From assembly GCA_937868205.1 (NCBI GenBank), contig CALMMC010000091.1, positions 2,047-66,046 on the forward strand: a stretch of 64,000 nucleotides of DNA, in the 5' to 3' direction. The notes under the pieces are model-generated. The model searched no databases. It had not been told where the DNA came from and saw nothing but the letters and a program-made list of their open reading frames with translations. Shown here piece after piece: positions 26,360 to 35,544 of the stretch (positions within the stretch are counted from its first letter, which is position 1; each line of letters starts with the position of its first letter). The DNA comes from an uncultured bacterium. GTDB taxonomy: Bacteria > Acidobacteriota > Aminicenantia > Aminicenantales > UBA4085. Position numbers and translations under genes: made by a program.

Positions 26360-28120
26360 CTAGTCCCGCCGGACCTCGAACAAGACCGTGTTTTCGGCGA
26401 TGTCCTTGAGGCTCTTGCCGGACGCCCCTCGCGGCAGGATCCAGCAGTGGGCTTTTTTCCCCTGGAAATAATCCATGGCGTGGGTGATGACCCGCCGCAG
26501 GGGGATTGGTTCCCGGACGACCAGGTTCAAGACGATCATCAGCCAGTTGATCGAATAGTGGCTGATGTTGGAGCCGCCGCGGAGGAACTGAGTCACGGAC
26601 GGGCCGGCCGTTTTCTTCTTGGCGTGGCCGAAGTCCGGAGCATCCGGCCTGCCGATGGTCTTCAGGCCGGCCCCCCTGGCCGATTCCCGGGCCCAAGCGG
26701 CGACCGCCTCGCAAGACGAGATCCGGTCGAAATCACAATCGAAGATGTCCATGACCAGCTCGAAGGCCGGGGCAAAACTCGTCTCGACGGGCAGCCGGAA
26801 CGAGGGCTTGAAGACTTCAGCCGCTTCGGCCGTCCGCGGACGGCGGATCTCCCCGGCCGGCCCCCCGGAAGGCCCCAAGCGGTAGATCAGGGAGTCGCGG
26901 CGCACCTTCCGGATGTCGGCGAAAACGCCCCGCGGCAGGGACCAGCAGACCGCCGCATCGGCCCCGAAAAATCCGGTGGTGAACGCCGCGGCCTCGTCCC
27001 GCGGAAGCCGGGCGCAGGTGAAGCAGTTGGCTGAGGCCGTATTCCCGAACCGGCGGAAATTGATGGCGCTCGTCTCGATATACTGGACGAGCGTGTCGTC
27101 ATCCCTCCAGGCGGGATCGGAGACCATGGGGTCCCCGAAGGGAAGCATGCCGATCGCCTGGCAAAGCTCCCGGCTCCACTTTCCAACCCGCGGCCGGGAC
27201 GGCGGCCGGCCGGAAAGAGGGAAGTCCAGGACGATTTCCTCGCCGTACTTGTCGACCTCGAGGCGCCTCTGGAACTCGGGATACGGAACGGCCGAGATGT
27301 CGGGGGAATACCAGCTGGTCCGGATCCCCGCGGCCTTGAAATTGCGCCGGGCGTTGCGCGCGGCCGCCTTGAAAACGTTCCGGCCGCGGGACCCGGCGGT
27401 CAGGCTGAACGGCCCGCCCAGGTAGCTGACGTTCGTGAACTGGACGACCTGGACGTCGTCGAAAATCCGCTCCATCTGCCGCCAGCTTCCCGGCGCCTCA
27501 AACGGCTGGAGAAGAAGAGCCCCGGTCTGATGGATGGTGACGCCGCCTTCGCGGAGGGCGTCGTAGACGCTCTCGTAAAAGCTGGTGTCGAAGAGGCTTT
27601 TGGCCGGGCCGACGGGGTCGGTCGAGTCGATGATGATCACGTCGCACCGGCCTTTCATCTTCCGGATCACCTCGGCCCCGTCGCCGATGATCAGGCGGAA
27701 GCGGGGATCATCCCAAACTCCGGCGGAAATCCCCGGAAGGTGCGTCCGGCACTGCTCGATGACGACCCGGTCGATCTCGGCCATCGTCACGCTTTTAACT
27801 CCGGGATGGCGGAGGACGGCCCGGGCGACGCCGCCGTCGCCGCCGCCGATGATCAAGACGTTTTCCGGAGTTTTCGAGGGGGCGAACAGCGGCCAGAGCC
27901 CGATCCATTCATGATAGATGCCCTCGTCTTCCTCGGTCAGCTGGACGATCCCGTCCAAGATCAGAACCCGCCCGAACCGCTCGGTGTCGAGGATCATCAG
28001 CTTCTGGAAGCCGGTCGGCGTTTCAGGGACGATGATCCGCTTGACCTTGAATCCGTAGGTCACGTCTGAGTAGAGATCTTCGTAAAACCAGAGGTCCTTG
28101 CCGCGCTTCACCAGGCCCAT
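26360..28120 (-). CDS. speE: spermidine synthase fused to two tandem AdoMet-decarboxylase(class 1)-like domains
   Basis: Trimmed to MGLVKRGKDLWFYE (ATG 28118-28120, RBS aaagga). SpeE core present: LILDGIVQLTEEDEGIYHE, VLIIGGGDGGVAR, EIDRVV, IIIDSTDPVGPA. Two SpeH/SpeD-like units follow (see findings). Confidence 0.85.
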   Translation of the reverse strand: MGLVKRGKDLWFYEDLYSDVTYGFKVKRIIVPETPTGFQKLMILDTERFGRVLILDGIVQLTEEDEGIYHEWIGLWPLFAPSKTPENVLIIGGGDGGVARAVLRHPGVKSVTMAEIDRVVIEQCRTHLPGISAGVWDDPRFRLIIGDGAEVIRKMKGRCDVIIIDSTDPVGPAKSLFDTSFYESVYDALREGGVTIHQTGALLLQPFEAPGSWRQMERIFDDVQVVQFTNVSYLGGPFSLTAGSRGRNVFKAAARNARRNFKAAGIRTSWYSPDISAVPYPEFQRRLEVDKYGEEIVLDFPLSGRPPSRPRVGKWSRELCQAIGMLPFGDPMVSDPAWRDDDTLVQYIETSAINFRRFGNTASANCFTCARLPRDEAAAFTTGFFGADAAVCWSLPRGVFADIRKVRRDSLIYRLGPSGGPAGEIRRPRTAEAAEVFKPSFRLPVETSFAPAFELVMDIFDCDFDRISSCEAVAAWARESARGAGLKTIGRPDAPDFGHAKKKTAGPSVTQFLRGGSNISHYSINWLMIVLNLVVREPIPLRRVITHAMDYFQGKKAHCWILPRGASGKSLKDIAENTVLFEVRRD

Positions 28121-28256
28121 GACAGTCGTCCTTTCATCAAAATTTCGCGAAATTTCATTATAACGAAACCGCGCGGGGGCGCAAGCCGCCCGGGGCCGTC
28201 CCTTGCTTTCCCCCGCCGGACGGGTTATCATCAAGAGGCCCGACAGGAGGAACACG

Positions 28257-28838
28257 ATGAGACGCATCTTCCCTGCTTCCGGTGTCGCTTTGGCGGCCGT
28301 CGCGGCCCTGATCTGGCTGGGACAGACGGGGTGCAAATCCTACAACGAACAGCAGGTTCATTCATCCCTGGAGGTCGTCGACTTGAGCACCAGCTGGACG
28401 ATGAAGGAATACCGGCAGTGGCCGAATCCAAAGCTGACGCTGGTCCCGACGGTGACCTTCAAGCTCAAGAACAACTCGTCCGAAACCCTCCGCTACATCA
28501 ACGTCAACGCCATCTTCAAAGAGGTGGACTCGGTCGAGAACCTGGGCGACAGCTTTCATACGGCGGTCCGGGGCGAAGGCCTCGCCCCCGGCGCGACCAG
28601 CCCGCCGATCACCCTGAAATCCAATTTCGGCGTGGCCGGTAAAACCCTCGACTCTTTCAAGGCCAATCCCCATTGGAAGTCGTATTACGTCAAGCTTTTC
28701 GTCCAAATGGGCGGTCCGCGCCATATTTCGATGGGCGAATATCCGGTGTCCCGGCAGATCGATTTCCAAGAAGACCAGGCCGTCCACCAGAAGGACGAAT
28801 CGTCGGCCGTCCTGCAGGAAGAGCCGGCGAAGGATTAG
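28257..28838 (+). CDS. hypothetical lipoprotein
   Basis: RBS aggagg. Signal peptide has the lipobox LGQTGC. Beta-rich mature part. No family recognised. Confidence 0.6.
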   Translation: MRRIFPASGVALAAVAALIWLGQTGCKSYNEQQVHSSLEVVDLSTSWTMKEYRQWPNPKLTLVPTVTFKLKNNSSETLRYINVNAIFKEVDSVENLGDSFHTAVRGEGLAPGATSPPITLKSNFGVAGKTLDSFKANPHWKSYYVKLFVQMGGPRHISMGEYPVSRQIDFQEDQAVHQKDESSAVLQEEPAKD

Positions 28839-28905
28839 CCTCCCGGAGGAGACAAGCCGGCCGGATTCTTTCTCTCCGCCGCCGTCCGGCAGCGGGGGAG
28901 TCCTC

Positions 28906-29694
28906 ATGAACACCGAGAAGGCGGAAGGCGGAGGAGTTCCGCCGCGGCTTCCCGCCGCCGGGGGCGGTGTCGGCTGGCCGGCCGGCCGCTTGGGAAAAGC
29001 GGTCGGCGTCTTCATCTTTTTCACTCTCGTCGCTTCGGCGGTCTATGCCTTGATCGGGGCGGTCCGCGCTCCGGGGGCGGCCGCCGTCTCCACGGCCGCT
29101 TCTGGGAAGGTCCGCAGCGACTATGTTCTCATGCTCCTCGAGTCCTGTCTCGGTCTTCTTATCCTGTTTCTTCCCTCGATGCTCGAGAAGCGCTTCCGGA
29201 TCATCCTTCCCAGCCGGATGTACCTCCTCTTCGTTGTCTTCCTCTACGCCGCCATCTTCCTGGGGGAAGTCCGCGACTTTTACTACCGGATCCCGCACTG
29301 GGACGTCATCCTCCACGCGTTCAGCGGGATCATGCTCGGAGCGCTCGGGTTTTCAATCGTCAGCCTTCTCAATAAAAGCGAAAAAGTAGCCGTGACGCTG
29401 AGCCCCCAGTTCGTCGCCCTGTTCGCTTTCTCGTTCGCGCTTTCGCTGGGCGTTATCTGGGAGATCTATGAATTCGCGGCCGACGGCGTCCTCGGGCTCA
29501 ATATGCAGAAGTTCGCCCTGGAGGATAAAACCTCGCTCGTCGGGCGGGCGGCCCTTGTCGACACGATGAAGGATCTCATCGTCGACGCCCTGGCCGCCTT
29601 GGCCGTGTCGGTCTTCGGCTTCCTTTCGATGAAGGCCGAAAAAAGCTGGATCGCCCGGGTGGCCCTCAAGCGGAAACCGGAAGCCGTCAGTTGA
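28906..29694 (+). CDS. integral membrane protein (possibly YjdF/DUF2238-like)
   Basis: About six hydrophobic helices (LLESCLGLLILFLP, LLFVVFLYAAIFLG, HAFSGIMLGALGF, and others). The family assignment is tentative. Confidence 0.55.
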   Translation: MNTEKAEGGGVPPRLPAAGGGVGWPAGRLGKAVGVFIFFTLVASAVYALIGAVRAPGAAAVSTAASGKVRSDYVLMLLESCLGLLILFLPSMLEKRFRIILPSRMYLLFVVFLYAAIFLGEVRDFYYRIPHWDVILHAFSGIMLGALGFSIVSLLNKSEKVAVTLSPQFVALFAFSFALSLGVIWEIYEFAADGVLGLNMQKFALEDKTSLVGRAALVDTMKDLIVDALAALAVSVFGFLSMKAEKSWIARVALKRKPEAVS

Positions 29695-30667
29695 GGTCGG
29701 CGAACGGATCGGGCTTGAGAATCTTGATGTAGTTTTTCGATTTGATCTCGGCCAGAAACTTATCCACCTCGGCGTTTTGCTTCTGCGTGCCGATTTTTTC
29801 GGTGATCGCCCCCCGGGATTCGTCAAAAGTCCGGAGCCGGCTGTCCTTCTTTTCCTCAACCAGGATCAAATACCAGCCGTTCTTGGACTGAACCCAGGGC
29901 GTCATCCCGCCTTTGTTCAACGGCTTGACGGCCGCCAGCAGCGTCCGGTCGAGCTCGCCTTCCTTGAACGTCCCCAGGCTTCCCTTGGCCGCTTTGAGCG
30001 GCTCGTCGGAATCGGCCTCGGCCACCTCCGCGAACGGCGCGCCTCCCTTGATCTTCGCTTCGATCTCGGCCTTGCGAGCTTCCAGGGCGGCGGCCTCCCG
30101 GCCCTCGATCGCCAAGTAGACCGCCCGGAGCTCATATTCCTCGGGAACAACGAATTCGTCCTGGTGCTTTTTATAATAATCGACAATCTCGGCGTCGTCG
30201 ATCACCACTTTCTGCCCGATTTGATTGCGGAGGACGGCTTCCCGCAGGATCTGCTTTTCCATCGTGGCGATCCACTCGTCGTAGTTGTATCCCTGTTGGG
30301 CCAGGGCCCGCTTCAACATCTCATCGTTTTCGATATCATTGGCCCGCTTGATATTCTCGACGACCATTTTCAACTGGTCCGTGACGTTGATGTTCATCTT
30401 GCGGGCCATCTGGATGAGCAACAGGTCCGTGATCATTTCGTCGAGGATGTGGGCCTTGGTGTATTCGATCGCCCGCTCCAGTTCCTCCCCCCTGTACTGG
30501 GCCCGGGCGGCCATGAGACGCTCCTCGTATTCCGTCTTGAAATCGGAGAGGGTGATGATGTCGTCGTTGACGACGGCGATGATTTCCTCGATGACCTGCC
30601 GGGCCGGGACGGCGACCGCCGCGACAAGAAGGAGAGAGACGGCCAGGATGATTTTCTTCTTCGACAT
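29687..30667 (-). CDS. SurA-like periplasmic chaperone / parvulin-type PPIase
   Basis: Signal peptide present. SurA N-domain-like helices. The parvulin region is RAVYLAIEG...GSLGTFKEGELDRTLLAAV...GGMTPWVQSKNGWYLILVEE. Confidence 0.8.
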   Translation of the reverse strand: MSKKKIILAVSLLLVAAVAVPARQVIEEIIAVVNDDIITLSDFKTEYEERLMAARAQYRGEELERAIEYTKAHILDEMITDLLLIQMARKMNINVTDQLKMVVENIKRANDIENDEMLKRALAQQGYNYDEWIATMEKQILREAVLRNQIGQKVVIDDAEIVDYYKKHQDEFVVPEEYELRAVYLAIEGREAAALEARKAEIEAKIKGGAPFAEVAEADSDEPLKAAKGSLGTFKEGELDRTLLAAVKPLNKGGMTPWVQSKNGWYLILVEEKKDSRLRTFDESRGAITEKIGTQKQNAEVDKFLAEIKSKNYIKILKPDPFADLN

Positions 30668-30680
30668 GGCACCTTCCTTA

Positions 30681-31652
30681 TCAGGATCCCGGATACACGA
30701 ACGGCAGATTCTCCGTCCGGATTTTCCAGGACATCGTTTCTTTCAGGGATGCGACGCGGGCGTCCCGGGCCGCTTGATTTTTCTGTTCGAGAAGACGGGC
30801 TTCGATCAAAGGGACGGTCTCGCCTCGAGACCGGAGCCGGGGCTCGAATTTCCGGTCGAGCCGGAAGATATGGTAGCCATAGGGAGACTGGACCACCCGG
30901 CTGATCCGGCCTTCCTCCAGGGCGAAGATGACTTTTTCCAGCTCCAGGGGGAGTTGGCCGAGGCTGAAAACGCCCATCAGTCCGCCGTTTTTCGCCTCGG
31001 GTCCTTCCGAAGACGTCCGGGCGGCCTCACGGAACTCGTTTTCGCCGGCCGAACGGATCTTTTCCAGGATTTCGCTGGCCCGGCCTTCCGAGGAAAGGAG
31101 AATCTGGCTCACCTGGAGGCGCTCCGGCTGGAGGAATTCGTTCTTGTGGGCTTCGTAATAGGCGGCGATCTCATCCTCCGGAACCGTGATTCCCGATATT
31201 TCCAAGGCCATGTACTTCTCAACGAGGACGCCTTCCAGGAGATCCGCGTTGTCGGCCTCGGAGGACGAAACGGCTCCCTCGGCCCGGTTCAGCTTGAAAA
31301 CCGCCAGGGATTTCTCTTTTTCCTCGTCGCTCAAGTCGATCCCGCGGGCGGCCGCCGAGAGGACGATCAGCTTCCTTTCGACGAAATCATCGAACAGCCG
31401 GCCGGCCGCCTCGGCCGTCAAGGAGGCCTCGGGCTCGCCGACCGTCAAGCGGGCGAACCGGGCGAAATCAGCATTGGTGAAGGCAATTCCCTCGACCGTC
31501 AAGACCGGAAGAGCGGCTTTTTGCGGATCGTCCAGACGGAATCCCTCGGAAGCGGGAGGAGATCCGGTCTTGCCGCCGCAGGCTCCCGCCCCCAGGCAGA
31601 GAGCCGCCGCCGCCAAAACAGCCGCCGCCAAAAAGTCCGGATTGCGCTTCAT
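30681..31652 (-). CDS. PpiC/parvulin-type peptidyl-prolyl isomerase lipoprotein
   Basis: Trimmed to MKRNPDFLAAAVLAAAALCLGAGAC (lipobox). The parvulin region is VSQILLSS...GGLMGVFSLGQLPLELEKVIFALEEGRISRVVQSPYGYHIFRL. Confidence 0.8.
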   Translation of the reverse strand: MKRNPDFLAAAVLAAAALCLGAGACGGKTGSPPASEGFRLDDPQKAALPVLTVEGIAFTNADFARFARLTVGEPEASLTAEAAGRLFDDFVERKLIVLSAAARGIDLSDEEKEKSLAVFKLNRAEGAVSSSEADNADLLEGVLVEKYMALEISGITVPEDEIAAYYEAHKNEFLQPERLQVSQILLSSEGRASEILEKIRSAGENEFREAARTSSEGPEAKNGGLMGVFSLGQLPLELEKVIFALEEGRISRVVQSPYGYHIFRLDRKFEPRLRSRGETVPLIEARLLEQKNQAARDARVASLKETMSWKIRTENLPFVYPGS

Positions 31653-31677
31653 CTGTGCCAAATGCCAATGAGTTATT

Positions 31678-34600
31678 TTATCCCATCCCTGACAACTCCA
31701 GCAAGAGCCGGGCGGTTTCACGCAGAACGCCGGCTGAGGCGGGGGAGCGGAGCGGCAGGCTGAGAACGCCTTCCGGAGTCATTGATCCCCGCATCTTGTT
31801 GAGAAGACTTGAAATCCGGGCTGGATCAACATCCGTTGAAGGTTGGAATTTGAGAATCAGCTTCCGGTCGACGCGATCGACGGCCGAAAGCTTCAGACGC
31901 TGGGCCAGAATCTTGATCCGGCCGTATTGGAGGAGATGTTCGACGCTCGGCGGCTGCGGGCCGAAGCGGTCCCGGATTTCCTCCTCCAGCGACCGGATCT
32001 CATCCAGGTCCGCGGCCGAGGAAATCCGCTTATACAAGCTGAGCCGCACGTTGATGGCCGGGATGTAGGCCTCGGGGATTCGGACCTCGACCCGAAGATT
32101 GATCTCGCACCGGGCCTCCTCGACCTCCCCGCCCTTGAGCTCCTTGATCGCCTGCTCCAGGAGATGGATGAAGTAGTCGTATCCAACGGCTTCCATCGTC
32201 CCATGTTGCTGCTCTCCGAACAGATGGCCGGCGCCCCGGATTTCCAGATCCTTCATCGCCAGACGGAATCCGGATCCGAGCTCGCTGAATTCCTTGATGG
32301 CTTCGAGGCGCTTGCGGGCGATCGGAGTCAGCTCGGCGAACGGCGGAACGAGAAAATAGGCGAAGGCCTGGCGGGAAGACCGTCCGACCCGGCCGCGCAG
32401 CTGGTAGAGCTGGGCCAAGCCGAAATGATCGGCCCGCTGGACGATCAGGGTGTTGACCAGAGGGATGTCGATTCCGTTCTCGATGATCGTCGTCGAGACC
32501 AGGACGTCGTACTTCTGGTTGATGAAATCAATCATCTTCATTTCGAGCTCGGCCGGAGCCATCCGGCCGTGGACCACGGCCAAGCGGGCGTCCGGGACCC
32601 ATTCCCGGATCTTCGCCGACAAGGAATCCATCTCCTCGATTTTGTTGAGGACGTAATAGACCTGCCCCCCGCGGGCGATCTCCTGCCGGATCGCGGCCGC
32701 GATCAGCCTCGGAGAAAACGTCGTCACGACCGTGTGAACGGCCAGCCGGTCCTTGGGCGGCGTTTCGATCAGGCTGATATCGCGGAGGCCGGTCAGGGAC
32801 AGGTTAAGGGTCCGGGGGATCGGCGTGGCCGTCAGCGTCAAGACGTCGACGCTGGCCTTGAGATGCTTGATTTTTTCCTTGTGGGCGACTCCAAACCGCT
32901 GCTCCTCGTCGACAACAAGCAGTCCCAGATCGCGGAAAGCCACGTCAGCCGAAAGGAGACGGTGCGTTCCGATGATGATGTCGACGCGGCCGTTCTTCAG
33001 GTCCTCGATGATCCGGCGCCGTTCGGCGGCCGGTTGGAACCGGGACAGGGCGGCGACCCGGACCGGGAACAGAACCATCCGCCCGGAGAACGTCTTGTAA
33101 TGCTGGCTGGCCAGGACGGTCGTGGGACAAAGGACGGCGACCTGCTTGCCGTCCATGACCGCCTTGAAGGCGGCCCGGACGGCGACCTCCGTCTTTCCGT
33201 AGCCGACGTCGCCGCAGAGCAACCGGTCCATGGGCGCGGCCGTCTCCATATCCGTCTTGATCTCCTTTATGGAGCGGAGCTGGTCCTCGGTTTCCTCGAA
33301 CTCGAAGGTTTTTTCAAATTCGTCCTGCCAGCGGCCCTCCGGGCTGAAAGCGAATCCCTTGATGGCTTTGCGCCGGGCATAAAGATCCAGGAGCTCCCGG
33401 GCCAGCTTCTGGACGGCTTTTTTCGTCCGCTCCTTGGTTTTCAGCCAATGGCCGGTTCCGAGCTTGTCCAGCAGCGGTTGGCCGGCTCCGACGGGCGTAT
33501 ATTTCTGAACGAGGCTCAAGTCCTCGACCGGGACGAACAACGTGTCTCCGTCCCGGTAGCCGAGCTCCATGAATTCCGCCGCCCGGTCCTCCACGTCCAT
33601 TTTGACCAGGCCCCGGAACACGCCCACGCCATAATCGGCATGGACGATATAGTCTCCGGCCCTCAGGTCCTGAAAATGGGTGATCGAGGGCCGGGCCGCG
33701 GGCCGGGCGGGGATGATCCGCTCCTCGGTGAGAATGTCCTTCTCGGCGAAGAAATGGATCTTTTGCCGCGGATAGCTGAAGCCCCGCTCGAGATCGCCCA
33801 GGCAGAGACGGATCTCGCCGCCGGCGGCCGCCGGAAGAGGCGAATCCGCTTCGAGCGAGGGGATCTCCTTGGTTTCGAGAAGGGCCCCGATCTTCTTCCG
33901 CATCGGAGGCGTGGATAGAAAGATGACGCACCGGTCGCGCTCCTCGTAAATCCGGCTCATCGTCTCGAGGAAGAAGAAAATCTTGTTGTCGAAACGGGGC
34001 ACGGGCTGGAAGCCGAAAGCGATTTCCCGGCGGGTTCCGGCCGGCCCGAGCTCCCCGCAATAAACCGCCTCGGCTTGGAGGCGCTCGTACAAGGCCGGAG
34101 GATAGACCGATTCAAAGGGCGGAAAAGCGGGGCCGTCCGGCGGCCCGGCCGCGGCCCGCGACGAGAGGTCGGCCCTGACCTCGTCCCACTCCTTCTCGAT
34201 CTCGTCCGGATGGTCGAAGACGAACACCGCGTCGGCGAGATACCGGCTGAAGGAAACGGAGGCGGCGGCCGGACCGGCGATCCCTTCCGTAAGCGAGGGG
34301 ATGAGGGCCGCCTCGGTCTGGCGGACGGCCCGCTGGGTGGAAGGATCGAACTCGCGGAGGGAAACGACGCGGTCGCCGCCGAATTCGATCCGGACCGGAT
34401 TTTTCTGCCAGGGGGAGAAGACATCGACGATTCCGCCCCGATAGGCGTACTCCCCGCGGAAGGCGATCAAATCCTCGCGCGCATACCCGAAAGAGGCCAG
34501 CCGCTCGATCACCCGGTCCCGGCCGCACTCGGCGTCCTTGTTCAGGCGGAGAAAAAGCTCAGGGAGGCATTCCGGAGCCGGAAACGGCCGCAGGAGCCCG

Positions 34601-35019
34601 AAAAGATTGGTCACGGTCAGGGCCGGCGGGCGATTCAGCAGATCATAAAAATAGCGCATCCGGGTGGCCGCCGACTCCAGGGACGGGGCGGCGTCCGGGG
34701 CGGGATTCTCCGAGAGCGCGGGAAAGCTCCGGACGGTTTTCGTCGAGCCGAGGTTCTGGAGGAAAAAACGGGCCTGATCCTCGAAGCCGGACAGCGGACG
34801 GGCGGACGGACGGATGAAGACAACCCGGCGCGGCCCAGTCAGGGCCAACTGGACGAAAAGGTAGGGGACGGCCGCCTCCGTCAAGCCGGAAATCGAAAGA
34901 CGCGGCCGGTCCTCTTCTCCGAAAAGAAGGGCCTGGCCCTCGGGGGTTTTCGGAAGGGCCGAAACCGCCCGGACGAGGTCCTTGAATTCCGGCGTCTCCT
35001 TCAGAAAATCCAGGCTCAT
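31678..35019 (-). CDS. mfd: transcription-repair coupling factor
   Basis: 1113 aa. RNAP-interacting region GDYIVHADYGVGVF. DEAD/helicase motifs present: LLCGDVGYGKTEVA, LVVDEEQRFGV, TLTATPIPRT. TRG motif region QLRGRVGRS. Confidence 0.95.
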   Translation of the reverse strand: MSLDFLKETPEFKDLVRAVSALPKTPEGQALLFGEEDRPRLSISGLTEAAVPYLFVQLALTGPRRVVFIRPSARPLSGFEDQARFFLQNLGSTKTVRSFPALSENPAPDAAPSLESAATRMRYFYDLLNRPPALTVTNLFGLLRPFPAPECLPELFLRLNKDAECGRDRVIERLASFGYAREDLIAFRGEYAYRGGIVDVFSPWQKNPVRIEFGGDRVVSLREFDPSTQRAVRQTEAALIPSLTEGIAGPAAASVSFSRYLADAVFVFDHPDEIEKEWDEVRADLSSRAAAGPPDGPAFPPFESVYPPALYERLQAEAVYCGELGPAGTRREIAFGFQPVPRFDNKIFFFLETMSRIYEERDRCVIFLSTPPMRKKIGALLETKEIPSLEADSPLPAAAGGEIRLCLGDLERGFSYPRQKIHFFAEKDILTEERIIPARPAARPSITHFQDLRAGDYIVHADYGVGVFRGLVKMDVEDRAAEFMELGYRDGDTLFVPVEDLSLVQKYTPVGAGQPLLDKLGTGHWLKTKERTKKAVQKLARELLDLYARRKAIKGFAFSPEGRWQDEFEKTFEFEETEDQLRSIKEIKTDMETAAPMDRLLCGDVGYGKTEVAVRAAFKAVMDGKQVAVLCPTTVLASQHYKTFSGRMVLFPVRVAALSRFQPAAERRRIIEDLKNGRVDIIIGTHRLLSADVAFRDLGLLVVDEEQRFGVAHKEKIKHLKASVDVLTLTATPIPRTLNLSLTGLRDISLIETPPKDRLAVHTVVTTFSPRLIAAAIRQEIARGGQVYYVLNKIEEMDSLSAKIREWVPDARLAVVHGRMAPAELEMKMIDFINQKYDVLVSTTIIENGIDIPLVNTLIVQRADHFGLAQLYQLRGRVGRSSRQAFAYFLVPPFAELTPIARKRLEAIKEFSELGSGFRLAMKDLEIRGAGHLFGEQQHGTMEAVGYDYFIHLLEQAIKELKGGEVEEARCEINLRVEVRIPEAYIPAINVRLSLYKRISSAADLDEIRSLEEEIRDRFGPQPPSVEHLLQYGRIKILAQRLKLSAVDRVDRKLILKFQPSTDVDPARISSLLNKMRGSMTPEGVLSLPLRSPASAGVLRETARLLLELSGMG

Positions 35020-35450
35020 GGGACGAACGAAGATTATACGCGAATCCGGGCCGCAATTCCCGCGTCCCGCCGCTCGACCGCCTCAAGCATGTTTCATGAT
35101 TTTCCGTCTTTTTGACCCTCGCGTTCCCGGCGAAGCCCGGGCGGACGGAACCGGCGTTTGCCCCGCCCCCCTCCTCGAGATTATCCTCCAAAAGGGAACG
35201 ACGGCAAAAACGGACGCCGATCTCGGGAGAAGCGTTGCGTCGCTCTCGTCCAGATGGATCGGAGAAACGCTCGACCCGGACTTCTACCGCATGTCCCTGG
35301 AAGTCGGGGAAAGGGGAGGCCGTTTTGTTTTCGGCGTTCGTTTCGCGAGCGCGGGATGAACGCAATGAAAAGAACTCGATTAAAACAAAGAGGAAGGGTC
35401 GGTCGGCGCGGAGGAAACGCCGCCGAAAAACGGAGCGCGGGGGAGAGAGA

Positions 35451-35479
35451 TTGTCTCCCCGTCCGGCCGCACGTATAAT
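35451..35479 (+). promoter_or_regulatory. sigma70-like promoter for 35545..36720
   Basis: TTGTCT (35451-56), 17 nt, TATAAT (35474-79), about 65 nt before the ATG. Confidence 0.5.
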
Positions 35480-35544
35480 GAGCTCTTCCCGGCCGCCGGA
35501 TTCCGCCGGATTTCCGGGGAGACGCCGGCCGCAAGGAGTAATGC

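Noticed and set aside
26360-28336. N-terminal extensions of several track ORFs: 26360..28336, 37235..39196, 21335..23476, 47629..49431, 56614..57999, 57240..58634, 39431..40417 and 18787..19701.
   Set aside because: The upstream parts are Arg/Pro/Gly-rich and overlap the preceding gene. In each case an internal Met coincides with an RBS or an ATGA/GTGA overlap with the upstream stop, and it begins the recognisable family sequence.
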